DNA of 63,451 bases, filler included, from Octopus bimaculoides (Eukaryota): assembly GCF_001194135.2 (NCBI RefSeq). It is 6 parts of 6 records of this genome, joined end to end, with 100 filler letters (N's around TTAATTAATTAA, not from the genome) between each part and the next. Parts side by side here need not be neighbours in the genome. Positions count along the whole stretch, not along the records: positions 11,292 to 40,559 come from NC_068989.1; 5 more parts are not named here. One strand, 5' to 3'. Numbering within the stretch: the first letter of the stretch is position 1; every line of letters begins with the position of its first letter. Position numbers and translations under genes: made by a program. Under the pieces are notes generated by a model. That model was not told where the DNA came from, ran no database searches, and was given only the letters and a program-made list of their open reading frames with translations. Below are positions 24,154-37,455 of this stretch, one piece after another.

Positions 24154-25993
24154 CTACAAATTAGAAATTAACAATCCATACATATTTCCTGGATAGTAAG
24201 ACAAGTCCAAATGTTAATGTTAAACTCGATACGGATTACATTAAGAGTACAGTTAGGTAAATACAAACGCAGAGAGAGAAGAGACAATGGGGACTTTAAA
24301 AAGTGTAGACAAGGACTAGATGTGAATTTGGTGTGAAATCTACTAATTTAAAAATATCAAATACCTTCTAGACAATCGAACCTAAGAACACTTTTATCAC
24401 CTCATAAAATTGATGGCATTGATTGTATTTTCTTGTGAAGTAGAGCGCTGGCGATTGCTACACATTGCAATGACACCGAATCGGTGATGGGTGTGGGAGC
24501 GGCTGACGGTGATTCAGCAGTGTACGTTTTACTGAACTATGGTGAATTATTCAACATTAGTATAATCTTCTACATTTTATATCATCGACGACACACTTCA
24601 CTTCTGAAACAAACAAAATATCTTACGTCTGATCTATTATTTAAACAAAGTACAAGAAACATAAAAAGAAAATAAATCAAGAAAGAAATGGCGACTGATC
24701 TTTCGACAGCCATACACCAATATTTCTATAGAATTGCTTAGATCAACAAAAACATTACCATTGACGCGATTGTCATCCTAACCACCCCACCATCAAAGGC
24801 GCCATCATCAGCATCGTAATCATTAGCAGAATCAAGATCACCATTATCATCATGTTCGTCCTCTTCGTCAACGTCATCGGCATCGTCGTCGAAGTTGTCG
24901 ACATCGATGTCATCAACAAGCTGAAGTACTAACATTAATGCCAATATCTTCATCAATAACGTTAGTCATTAGTATAATTGGACTTATTGATTGGTTTGCA
25001 TTGACATGAATCAGGAAATACAAACAAAATAGAGAGAAAAAGGTAGGAAGTTAGTCTGTCGCAAAAAAAGAAAATTAGCAGTACTAATGAGGAACGACTT
25101 GTCGCAGGAGAGTAAAAATATTTCCCTCATTACACGATTGTATCCCTATTACTTTGATATTCAACTCATTTTCCTGTATATTATTCTTTTTGTTTTCTCT
25201 ATTGTTAATCTATATATATATATTTTGCGATGATATATATACTTTTTAAAGGGATGTTAGCATCCAAGTCCTCCGGTTTTTATCCAGTGTATCAGTGAAG
25301 TACTAAATAGACGATTACTTCCCATAGAGGCAAATGGTTATATCAACATTTGTGTATAAGAAAAGAAATGGAGAAATCAACGGATAGACATCAATTTATT
25401 ACTAGAACTCCAAATTAGTAAATTTTTCTTTTTGCTATGTGAAGATATAATCTGGGAAACATTAGCCGAGACAGAAAATTCAACTCGGACATAACTGGGG
25501 TAAATTATGTGATAATACTTTTCTTAGTAAAGTGTTTTGAAAATAGGTTATAAAGAGACTTAATTTAGTCATAATTTGTTTAGCGAATGGAACAATTAAC
25601 GATGTAATAGTATGCTCATTATAAGTTTCACTGCAATTATATAATTGCAAATGAATCTTATTTATATATGGGGTAACTTACTTAATTTTATGTTTTTTTA
25701 ATTATTACTGTTAATTCCATTCCTACTATTTCTTTTCCTATACATAAATGCTATATATATATATATNNNNNNNNNNNNNNNNNNNNNNNNNNNNNNNNNN
25801 NNNNNNNNNNNNNNNNNNNNNNNNNNNNNNNNNNNNNNNNNNNNNNNNNNNNNNNNNNNNNNNNNNNNNNNNNNNNNNNNNNNNNNNNNNNNNNNNNNNN
25901 NNNNNNNNNNNNNNNNNNNNNNNNNNNNNNNNNNNNNNNNNNNNNNNNNNNNNNNNNNNNNNNNNNNNNNNNNNNNNNNNNNNNNNNNNNNNN

Positions 25994-26055
<62 letters not shown>

Positions 26056-26149
26056 AAGAGCGCGAGAGAGAGAGAGTTTGTGAGTATGTGTGTGTGCGCG
26101 TACACCTTGATGTCCAACAAAGTGCGAAAGTAGTCTTACAACGCAGAAT

Positions 26150-26420
26150 ACTGCGTTATCTACCTAGAGGGAGCCTCTCATATGGACCGGAGCTGCATAA
26201 AGGCACTCGTAATTATACCATTGACAAATAAGGACCGTCTTCGGTGGTCGTTGAATCTGCCAGACCACATGATTTCACCCTAACAGTCTCTCCTCAGTGA
26301 CCTTTTACATTCGGAGTTCAATTTTTCCCGATACTCTGATGTTTCTGCAAACAGCTTCACGTCTTCATAGATGCAAGATATAAATGTTTCTAATTTTGAC
26401 AAAATTGAGTATTTTTTGAA
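26150..26420 (-). mobile_element. Possible CR1/L2 LINE RT fragment
   Basis: Minus translation SCIYEDVKLF..KLNSECK and YAAPV resemble the YADDxKL, LNxxKC and EYxxPVW motifs. Confidence 0.3.
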
Positions 26421-27520
26421 GAAAATGGATTAGGCGATAACATTAGTCTCAGTTCTAGACTTGTACGTTATTTTATCCACACCGTAGAGGTGAATGACTG
26501 TAGTAATTTCACACTAAATATTGTATGGAAGCAAATCCTGCAACGCAACTTTTCAATGCTCAAACGAATTTTCGAATTCGCCGCATTGCGAAGTGATCGT
26601 CAAAGAGATTGCTAGATGCAGGACCAGTATGCCACAGATCCATATGCTTCATGAAATTCTTGAAATTTATTCACACGATATATAAGGTACATATTCGTAA
26701 ACGTTAATATTAGCAAGCTGTTTCCCTGTCGTAATTCTTGTTATTGTGAGCCCGAGATCCAGTCAAGAACATGATCTATGATAAATGGAATCCAAGCTAT
26801 GTCCGAACTTGCATATATCAAGAACTACCATTGACGTGTTTCTTGCTTTCGAGGCGATAATGTTGTGCGATTGAAGTAGGTTGCCAATAACCAGAATTTA
26901 CACAAAAATCAAGTGATTTGTTCATCGTTCATGTTTTGTGTCTCTTCTTATTACAGCATCATTGTTCTGGTTGTTTCTTAGATGAATCCATATATCACTC
27001 AGCAAGCTTATAAACAAAGGCACTTCAACCATGACATTATAGGATACAGTATCTAATATCGCTTCCGAATTTTTAGGGCCTTGTTCGTTCAATTTTCCAT
27101 TAGTTGTGTTTATGATGTCTATGTTTTTTACTATTTAGTTAAATATTCACTCAATCGCAAAGTGAATATAAAGCGTGTCCGATAGATTGGTTCATAATTT
27201 ATGCGACTGGCATGATTTGCAAGCAGCATGCATAATTTACATAATTATTGGTGCTTGCATAATTTATGTGACTTGCATACATGGACACTTGTAATAGCTT
27301 TGTAATGTGAGAATTTAATGAAAATCTGATGAACATAAAAGTCAACTAATTAGCTTGTTTGAAACATTGCATTCCGTTGCTTGTTCTCACGCTCTGCACT
27401 CTTATTTCAAATCCACTCAAGTTAACTTTGAATATAATCACTTTCGAATCGATAGGACAAATCACTACTGGTCGATAGATTATCGGATCTGTCATAGGGT
27501 AAGTTAAGGTTTGAGATCTG

Positions 27521-27775
27521 TTAGAGGGTGGGTGAGCTGCCTTCTTGTATATCTTCCAGTTTCTTACATTCACTCGGCATACGCCTGCGACAACACAGGA
27601 GCGTAGCTATGTTGCTCCAATATGACGGTTTCTTCTTCAGATAAACATCGATGACGTGAGTGGGGGAGGAAGAATTGTATGCACAGAATACTGTAAGCCT
27701 CCTTTCGCAAAATTCTTTCTCAGTGTCACAAAGTACCCTGAGTTCAAGTTTTGTCGAGGTTGACTGTTTTTTATC
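27521..27775 (-). mobile_element. Decayed Harbinger-like transposase C-terminal fragment
   Basis: ORF 27521..27814: LRVLCDTEK..TVFCAYN..PTHVIDV..YWSN..SECKKLED resembles RxL..PEK..CxLHN..PxxxVD..GxW..AKxxRD. Shares ACGTGAGTGGG (PTHV on minus) with 13537-13547. Confidence 0.35.
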
Positions 27776-29420
27776 CAATAAAGATCGACAAAAAAAAAAA
27801 ACAAAAAACAACAACTCGCTACAGTGACAAATATTGGCTGCATTTTATATATTTTTACTCGGTATCGTGTTGTAAGTACATCATCAACTGGTTCATTCTA
27901 TCTCTACATTCTTATCATGCACTACTGTTTCCGAGGGTGAGCTTGTCCGCATATGCATATCACGGCTTTCCATCTTCTTGATCCAAACATACTCATAATA
28001 TATTACATAAGTTGTAGGTTGTTTCGTACAGATCGTACAAAAATAATGTATATGTAATGGTTAATAGAAAACACAGCAGTGTAAATATATATTAAAAAAA
28101 ATATGGAAGAAATAATGGAAGCGAAGAAACACGAAAAAATGAATAAAACTGTAAAGAATATGGAAACAAAATGTATTGAGTATATAAAAATACCAAAATA
28201 GGTATAAAATGCTACATGTCTATTATTTTTGTTTATAGTTTCTATATGAAAAAGTATGAATATATTTGTAGTGTTAATGTTGCATAAAGTAGAAGGAACT
28301 AAAAGCGTAAAAAAAAAGAAGAAAAAAAGAGAATTGAAAATACTATTTTTTCTACTTAACTAAAACGTACTATTGTTTTTCCTGTTGTTTCTAAGCAATT
28401 TTTAATTCCTATTCACAGTTATGGCATTAGAAAAAATGGAAAGCGAGTGGGAAATAAGCAATATATAGAATTTATTGTGGTGCGTATTTTTGTCTTTATT
28501 TAAAACAAAAACTAGAAACAGATATTTATTTACAATATGTATTGTTTCTAAATGAGAGAGAGATATAATTTTATCTTCTGCAATTTGTTGCTCATAAAAA
28601 GTAAATTATGTATATATTTTATGTATTTTGTTAGCATTTATTTTTATCTTATAATTTCTTGTGTATTAAATATACGGATTATGAATGTGTTGTCTGTATC
28701 TGACACACAGTGCCGGTGTTTTAGTGAAATAAGATATTTCAGTTGTGGCCATACATTCTATGAACCGAAACTGGTAACTTATAACTAATACTTAGTACGA
28801 TGGTTAATAAGAACTAGATTTACATGTGAAATGCTTTAATCAACGCCATTCTGTACCTTGCCTAAACAAAGACATTCAATTCAAATGAATATGTAACATA
28901 GGCAACTTTTCTCTGTGAGAGTAAAACGGCCAAAGCAGCTGCTTGCGTGTTCGTTATAGAAATCACTTTGCTGTTTTGAACATTTCAGAAATGAGTCTAT
29001 GTATGAGAAAGACTGTGAAAATCTGTTATACGACTACTTATAGACAAGGTCTTACAGTTCGGCAAATGGATATAATCGGTTATAGCAAGATTGGAATCTG
29101 ATCGTGACAAAAACTTGATTAAAATATAATAAAACATTATTAATAATATATATATATATGCAATGCCCTAAGAATCCAGTCGCTCCTCTGCTCTTTGTAA
29201 TTTCTCGCATTCCAATAAGGCATGATATTACGATGGTGGGAGCCATTAATTTCATTTAACTCGTACTGGGCATATAATTAATTTATCGACTAAAAAATGA
29301 ATATATTGATGCATACATTCATACATATATATATATATATATATTTACATACATATATACATACATACACACATACACACACATACATACATACGTGCAT
29401 ACATACAAACATACATACAT

Positions 29421-29975
29421 TTGTTGGCACTCCGTCGCTTACGACGTCGAGGGTTCCAGTTGATCTGATCAGCGGAACAGCCTGCTCGTGAAATTAACGT
29501 GCAAGTGGCTGAGCACTCCACAGACACGTGTACCCTTAACGTAGTTCTCGGGGATATTCAGCGTGACACAGTGTGACAAGGCTGACCCTTTGAATTACAG
29601 GCACAACAGAAACAGGAAGTAAGAGTGAGAGAAAGTTGTGGTGAAAGAGTACAGCAGGGTTCGCCACCATCCCCTGCCNNNNNNNNNNTCCACAGACACG
29701 TGTACCCTTAACGTAGTTCTCGGGGATATTCAGCGTGACACAGTGTGACAAGGCTGACCCTTTGAATTACAGGCACAACAGAAACAGGAAGTAAGAGTGA
29801 GAGAAAGTTGTGGTGAAAGAGTACAGCAGGGTTCGCCACCATCCCCTGCCGGAGCTTCGTGGAGCTTTAGGTGATTTCGCTCAATAAACACTCACAACGC
29901 CCGGTCTGGGAATCGAAACCGCGATCCTATGACCGCGAGTCCGCTGCCCTAACCACTGGGCCATTGCGCCTCCAC
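29421..29975 (-). mobile_element. tRNA-derived SINE family C (with artefactual duplication across a 10-N gap)
   Basis: Reverse complement of the copy at 60652-61030; 29517-29678 is repeated exactly at 29689-29850. Confidence 0.93.
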
Positions 29976-30139
29976 ATACATACATACATACATACATACA
30001 TGCATATAGGTATGCATATATTTCTTTTATTCCTTTTTACTGCATCAAACAATAAATCAAAACCATATTCATTACTAATGTATGTATCTATGCGTACTAA
30101 TTTTTATGAGATGGATTTATGTTGATCGACGTTATGCAT

Positions 30140-30400
30140 AATTGTATGAATGTTTGGAAATCAGGTGGGATCTGTAGAGTGATCCTGATAAAACGCACTT
30201 TCTTGTTCTCTTGTGTAATCCCGGCTTTTTTTTAAAGAAATACAGAGGACACCATAATTGAACAAAAGACCTTGTTAATCTATGCATCAAATACAGTTCG
30301 ATGCATGTCGATAGTGGACAAAACATTCCGATATTGTGACATGTCCTACACAATTTGCTCAACGGCAGACTATTTTCAAGTGGAGAAAAAGTACACCGAA
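30140..30400 (-). mobile_element. Possible further Harbinger-like fragment
   Basis: ORF 30132..30407: LENSLPL..(27 aa)..MHRLTRSFV..CVL; spacing resembles GDS..HxxTRxxV. Weak. Confidence 0.22.
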
Positions 30401-30553
30401 CGTTCATGGCGCATTCGTAATGTTATGTAAAGTAAACATGATGTTCTTTTGAAACCATTCTGTTACCCGGCATCAAACATGCATACATACATACATTCAT
30501 ACATACACACACATCCCCCACCACACACACACACACACACGCACACACACACA

Positions 30554-30596
<43 letters not shown>

Positions 30597-30606
30597 NNNN
30601 NNNNNN

Positions 30607-30652
<46 letters not shown>

Positions 30653-31809
30653 ATATATACACATCTGTATGTATATGTACGATGTATGAAGGGGTTATCT
30701 AAGATTTTTGATTTGGATGTTTCTAGGTGGCCTCTAAACAAATTCGAAGGCTTTAAAGTTTGCTTTCGTTTGAATCCGTTGATGTCTGTGTATATACATG
30801 CTTGTACCCATGAGTAGTTGCATGGTGATATTTCGTTAATATAGTAGTTTCATTGCTTCAAATGTTTTACAATTCAGTACACAAGTGTGTATATATGTAT
30901 GTATATATGTATGTATCTGTGTATGTTCGTATGTATGTATTCATCAAATAACGTTTCTTGATTTTTAATCATGTTGGATGCCATTCAGAAAAATTTAGTT
31001 GGAACTTCTACACAATTGGAATGGTCCGTAGCGAATCGCTTGTTCTAGTGTTTATCAAGGATAGGAGCTGAATAATGATTTATAAAGGCCTGCTCCTAAT
31101 GCAAATGATCTCATTAATTATCTTCGATGCAGGATGTGTAGGGTGCTATCAAGTATTCAGCTGGATAACATCGTGGCATTTTGCTATTAAATTAATGCAT
31201 TAATTAATATTATACGCAAGTGAGTACAATGTATTCGGTCCGGCAGCTATAAATTGAGAAATGAATCCGCTCAAGTCATCATCGTTTTACACACTCGAAA
31301 GAATAATCACAATACATTGGTTAAAGTAGTCTAGGTTATATATCAATCTTGAAAAAAATGGAAATGCCTGATGGCCATGGTTAGAAACTCTCTGAGCGAA
31401 CACGGGTCTGATCGAATTCTGTTTCATGTTAGTCAAACTGAGAATAAATAGGCGACTCTATCGATGCCAAACTAACTCAATTACAACTCAGTCTTCTCTA
31501 AGTAGTCGAGACCACTGACGGGGATTAATCCCATAACACTAGAGTATAGTTGTTTTGAAATTGTATTGTTTCATGTTGGACCCAGCAGAAATTAATTCTG
31601 TAAAGTATATGTCGTCAGCTGATAACATATAACATAAGTAATATTACATAATTCAATGTCTTTCATGTATGACACCACTGATTAGTATTACATATCTGAT
31701 TCAGTATAAAGAATAGGTACTTGTCAGAGAAGAAAACAGTAAACAATTTCGTAGTTTTTGTTTTGTTTTGTTGTTTTACTACTCTTCCAATGTAAAAATC
31801 AAAGCTATA

Positions 31810-31960
31810 TGTGTTCTGGTTCTTTATGTTCTGAGTTCAAATCTCGTCCAGGCATCTTAATCTTTCAGTCCACAAAACTAATGAAATAAAGTACCAATCA
31901 GTAACCGAGTTGATAAAACCACTGTTCCTTTCTATTGATTTAGAAGTGTTTTATTATGTA
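31810..31960 (+). mobile_element. SINE family B, decayed
   Basis: TTTATGTTCTGAGTTCAAATC..AATAAAGTACCA. Confidence 0.6.
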
Positions 31961-33125
31961 AGACTTCATTAATTTAACAACAGAAAAAAATAACCTTTGT
32001 TTAGTTTTCCTTTAACAATGAATCCTAATAAATAAATATATGAACAAATAAATAAAACTGAATAGTTTAAAAGGAGATAAGGTATTCATCACGAAATGAG
32101 TTGGAATGAATGTACGCTTAAAAGGGATAAAGTTTATTAACGAGGGAAGCTGATAAAGTTATAGCATAAAACATGACCGCCAAATTAGAATCGATTGTGA
32201 AGATAGTCATTAACACAATACTACAGCACATGAAACGATATTGATAATAAAGAAATATTTAAGATATTTTTTTATTCATTATTACATAAAATACCTCTTT
32301 TATATCATGTTCTTTTTCAAATTCTGTGCATGCATGTATGACAGCATGTATCTCGCTTTATGACACTATTATCATATATCGGTCTCTTGAATGAATCACT
32401 CTTCCTTTCTTCAATGTGTCTGTTTTGCTCTCCGTCAACATTTCTGTGCTTGAGTTTTTTTTCTCCATTGCTCGCTTTCTTCCTTTCTTCGTTTGCTTCA
32501 TTTTTGCTCCTTTCTTTATTTCTCAATTTTCGCAAAATACATCCATCTTTCTATCCGTTTAAATATATTCATCGCTCCCAGCGCCGTATTCCATTCTTTC
32601 TAATTCCGATAAATATATATATATTTTTTTCCTCCCCTACACAATACTTCATCAAGCGATTCTTTCTAACTCTCTCTCTTATGAGAATTTAATGATATTT
32701 AGATTATGCCATCACGAAATGATTCATTAAATTAACATTATTCGAATTCTATTCTGCTGATATATTATAGCCGAATGGATAAAAAAGTTTACACCAAAAC
32801 GACAAAGAGACTGATTCAATCCACCAGCATAGCATCTTAGATGAGTGCATTTTACCATACCCTCGAATCGCATAAAACCGTGTGACCTGAAATGAATAAC
32901 CGAGATCTATGCTGAAGCCCATCTGATGATTTGGATTGTACCTATTTATTATATTCATGTTACACATATCTGTGGAATGCCCTCCCTCTTATATGCTCAA
33001 TCAATGAGCTGTAATTTAACTGAACGCCAACTGAATCTACATTGCCGAGTCCATTGACATTTTGTCATACATCTTACTAGCATCTGATTCCTTCTTTTAA
33101 TACACAACAAACTTGCATTATATGT

Positions 33126-33156
<31 letters not shown>

Positions 33157-33419
33157 CCTCTCTCTCTCTCTCTCTCATTCCCTCTCTACATCGCTGTAAT
33201 ATTACAATTACAGGAAAATATATTTAGATATTTTCAGATATCAGTCGCTGGCTATCTTCTTTTCACTCATAAATACATATCCTCAGACAGTCTAATAAGT
33301 CTCTTCCATAAATATAGAAATATACTGTTATATAATTAACTATTTATCTACAAGGCCGCTACACACGACTTGATGCCGGAGAGTGGTCGTTACATACCGT
33401 AAAATACCAATAGTATTAA

Positions 33420-33610
33420 TGATGACACATATCCTAGCCTGTCAGCCAGACAGCCAAAGAAACATCATGAGTTTATTAACAAAACCGAAGTCAGTTACAG
33501 CTGTGCAAATTATGTGTGTAGGATAATTATGAACAAACACCCAATGAGTAACAAAAATATCCACGAGACACGGATGTACTTTGCGAGACAAGTGCAACGG
33601 TTTGCTTAAC
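33420..33610 (+). mobile_element. Penelope-like element protein fragment (RT to GIY-YIG linker region)
   Basis: Plus translation HHEFINKTEVSYSCANYVCRIIMNKH resembles the Penelope motif HKIFNRNTVKxSYSCMxNxxSII..HN. Confidence 0.45.
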
Positions 33611-34804
33611 AGAAAAAATTGCTTAAGCAAATAAGCTGATATAGAACTTAAGCTGCATGCAAATCAGGCAACAAAACTGGTATTTGCGATGATAACTGCT
33701 TCAAAATGCTTTCGCCATTTATATCGCCAGTAGTGTAAAACTATGAAACATATCTATAAGATATATGTAGTTATAATCTAGAATGAATATCTTTATCATA
33801 AGCTAAAATAGAGTGGAAATGTTTTCAGGCTTTAAGCCACATAGATTTTAATATGTGTATGTGTGTGCCTGTGTTGTGTGTGCGTGTCTGTGTTGTTTGT
33901 GCGTGTATGCGTGTATGTGCGCGTGTGTATTTCTGCATGACATATATTTATCCATACTAAGTACTTTAATAAAATATTTATTTCATTAAATCCAAAACAC
34001 ATGTCGGTAGTCGATTGCAGATAGTTCCAAGAGCACCAATTACTATTGGTATCACGTCTACTCTCCTTATTGACAACGACCTTCATATTTCACTCTTCAA
34101 TTTGTCATAGTTGATTTCCCCTTGTTATTTCAGCACAGCAGGATAAGAAAAAGATAATCAAATTCTTCAATAATAGTGATACAAAATACTATTATCTTGT
34201 GAATGGATGTACATATACAAATGTGTATTCTCAATGTTTATCTAAAACTGTAAATTTCCCCAGTCAGATATACAAATAGTGTTTAAATTCAGACGAGTTT
34301 TTCATAAGAAAGTACCGGTAATATCCTTTCCCGTGGCCAAATTATCTAACTCTGATAACTTAATTTATAGCTACTTCCAATGTACAAATAAATCATTTAA
34401 ACTCATTTAAAAATATTTACTCAACAAATATTTTATGCCCGTGGTGTCAATAATTACGAAAACCATTCATTACTAACAGTTATTTTTAATGGCTATACTT
34501 CATAATTTCTATAACGTTCATTGTTGTTTATTTCTCTTGTAATCTTGGAATAGTTTTCATAACTGGATCGGACTGTAGAGACGAGAGAACACTTTTCTCT
34601 TCTTTAGCAATGCTATTCACATCTAGGAATTTTAAAGGAATATAAATAGACTCTAGTAATTAACTGGCACGTAATTGTTCCCAGCTTTTGAGAATAGATT
34701 TTATTAAGGGTATGTTTGAGGCGTGAACTCTGAAAGATGCAACGCCATGAGAAAAGATATTTGGATAGCACTTACTTTAAACGTCTGAGGATAACTAAGA
34801 AGTT

Positions 34805-35086
34805 TTATTATTATTATTGTTCAGTAGTTTTATTTTTATAACGTGCTTTCACTTCACTACCGAGCGCAGCTCTGTGCGCCTTGGGTATGTGCTGTGGTTT
34901 GCTGTGGTGCTCTTATGGTTACTGTATTGAAAGTGTTTTTGCGTAGGATGTGTGCTGTGCCTAGTAGTGCAATTTTCTGTATGTTATATATATTTGTAAG
35001 TCCTGGTGTTTTTGTTATGTATTTGTCTGAATATTTTTTATTATACCTAAGGCACCTACTATAATAGGAATTGTTTCTGTTTTTAG

Positions 35087-35088
<2 letters not shown>
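34805..35088 (-). mobile_element. R4/Dong-like LINE 3' end (restriction-like endonuclease C-terminus, UTR and (AAT)n tail)
   Basis: Minus translation TETIPIIVGALGII..IQKIALLGTAHILRK with single-base frameshifts, followed by a short UTR and TAATAATAA. Confidence 0.8.

Positions 35089-35152
<64 letters not shown>
35088..35152. repeat. (TTA)n
   Basis: Directly visible. Confidence 0.97.
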
Positions 35153-37049
35153 GTCTTTGTTGTTGTTTTTGCTGTTAATGTTTTCAATTTGGGAGGTGTA
35201 GATTATTTTGAAGCCATTAAAGAATGATGTAATTAAGCAGCTGCTATGCAGAATAAATAGTACAGCATATTAATCTGTCACTTTATATAAATACCCTAAA
35301 TTTTCTTCAGTAATATTACCTCTGGTTTATCAAATATTTACTGTGCAGATTGGTTTATATGTAGTTAGATTAGTATTGTTTAATTTATTTAGGGTTTGTA
35401 ATGTTTAATGTAGTGACCCAAAAAATATTGAATTATATAATGTTACACTCTTAATCAAGTTGAAATAAACATTAACTGCAATAATATTTCCTGTCAAGAG
35501 GCTCGAGGTAGATTGTCCAGTGACAACACTAGATAAATAAGTCATATTACACTTCTTCACCGAAACATGATTTAAAATGTTATGGCGACCAAGAAATAGC
35601 AGACTTGCTAGTGAAATATAATTATTACATAAAATAACTCTCTTAAATTGTTGCACAAGACACAGCTCTTTAATATTGTGATAAATGTATAGATTGCTCA
35701 AGTACAACAATTCTGCAGTAAACCTGCAGTCATAATGCAATGTATTCTCTTTCCCTCTAAAATAATGTCAATACCCGTAATATTACATTCACTAGAGGTC
35801 ATTAAATGAAGTTTCGTACATGATACTTCACATCAGAAATGCAATGACAGCAGGTTTGTCATTTCGTTAAGAATCTGCCAACGAAAAAATAAGAAATATA
35901 AAATACACTAATGTTACTTGACATTCTGAAGGAAAGCTTCTTTACTTTTTTTTTTCTTCTTAACATCTCGAAATTATATTGTTCTTGAACAAACTTTTTA
36001 CTCATGTTTGTTGAAAGATGCAATTGTTCTGCTTAAATATTCTATGTTTCACGCTGCTAAAAGAAGACTTAAAGGCAAGAGAACTCTACTGACATTAAAA
36101 ATTCTTTTTGCAAATTGATGAACTCTGTAAAATAATCCAAAAGAAAATTGTAACAAAAGAGAAGAAACTTCATTGAAAAATGAGAATAACAAATTAGGTG
36201 TAACTGAAATAAATCGTCCACAATTATATGAGATGAAATAAAAGAAATGTATTGTCTAAGTGGCAGAATAGTTCTCACATTCACAACTCAACTGTATTTT
36301 ACTTGCTAAGAGTGTCTTCATTAATGCAACTAGTGTTGTATCGAAAACATAACAAAAGACAGTTTATAATACCGCCAACAAAAGAATGATGTGAAACTCT
36401 CATAGTTATTCGTAGCTTCCAATATTATATTTAGCAAAGACATATTGTTTAAATTCATATTAAAACAGCGAAATGATTTCTATCTGAGATTATATCAGTA
36501 GAGAATATTTTGCGACGTATTTCATTTTCTTCACCTAGACGTTGTGTCATATTCTATAACCTTGGTTCTTAAATTGACTGACAACATCCAAGTAGGAGTG
36601 TTGTAATTTGGGCTGATAGTAAATATTAACGGACTCTGGGTTTTTAGAAAGCTTGTAACTTTTTTGCAACTATTATATATTTAAAACAGATTAAATTCTC
36701 ATTTTCTAAACTCATTTTTAACGTGGAATATCGGGATTACGATGCAAGTCGTGCATTGTTTTTGCAATCAGAAAATAGTAAAGTTAAATTTCATTATATA
36801 AGACCTCGCGTTTGCATCAAGAAATATGAATTGAATAATCTGGTGTATTTTTAGTTTGTTATATTTATATTCATTGTAAAATACACTGAATAGTGTTTCA
36901 CTTCGGGAAAAGAGAAAGTTGAACTGCAGTAAGCGGACCAGAAAAGACTGTTCTATAAAAGGAATATAGATATAATATGAGCATTGATCAGATTTAAAGT
37001 AATTATTTTTTCTTTCTATTACACTAATCCCGCCAGCAGTTTCACTTCC

Positions 37050-37175
37050 GTGAATGTTGGTGATACTTCCGACTACCAGCCAAAGAAAAACAAAGACACG
37101 AAAGGAAAAGAATTAAATAGCATCGTCGTTAAGTGTCTGTATTATCAGATAGATGGCGCAACGTGATACAAAGTC
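37050..37175 (+). mobile_element. Possible Tc1/mariner transposase remnant
   Basis: ORF end KELNSIVVKCLYYQIDGAT resembles WFQQDGAT; single motif only. Confidence 0.25.
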
Positions 37176-37247
37176 GGTGCTTTTAGTCTTGAATTCACGA
37201 AATATTATGGAAGTGATTTTGAAAAATTTATCTGTGATATATTCTTT

Positions 37248-37455
37248 TCTATTCTAAGCACAAGGCCCGACATTTTGGAGAGAAGGGACCAGTCGATTAG
37301 ATCGACCCAGTACGCGACTGGTACTTAATTATCGGCGCCGAAAGGATGAAAAGCAAAATCGACCTCGGCAGAATTTGAACTCATAACGTAAAGAGAGACG
37401 AAATACCGTTAAGCATTTCACCCGGCGTGCTAACGTTTCTGCCAGCTCGCCGCTT
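37248..37455 (-). mobile_element. SINE family B (full length)
   Basis: Reverse complement of the family B consensus from GCGGCGAGCTGG to CTTGTGCTTAGAATAGAAAA. Confidence 0.92.

Noticed and set aside
24738-24956. Signal-peptide-like start plus Asp-rich ORF (biomineral-protein-like)
   Set aside because: It lies on a degenerate (CAT)n tract, so the composition is explained by the microsatellite, and it ends in a stop with no exon support.
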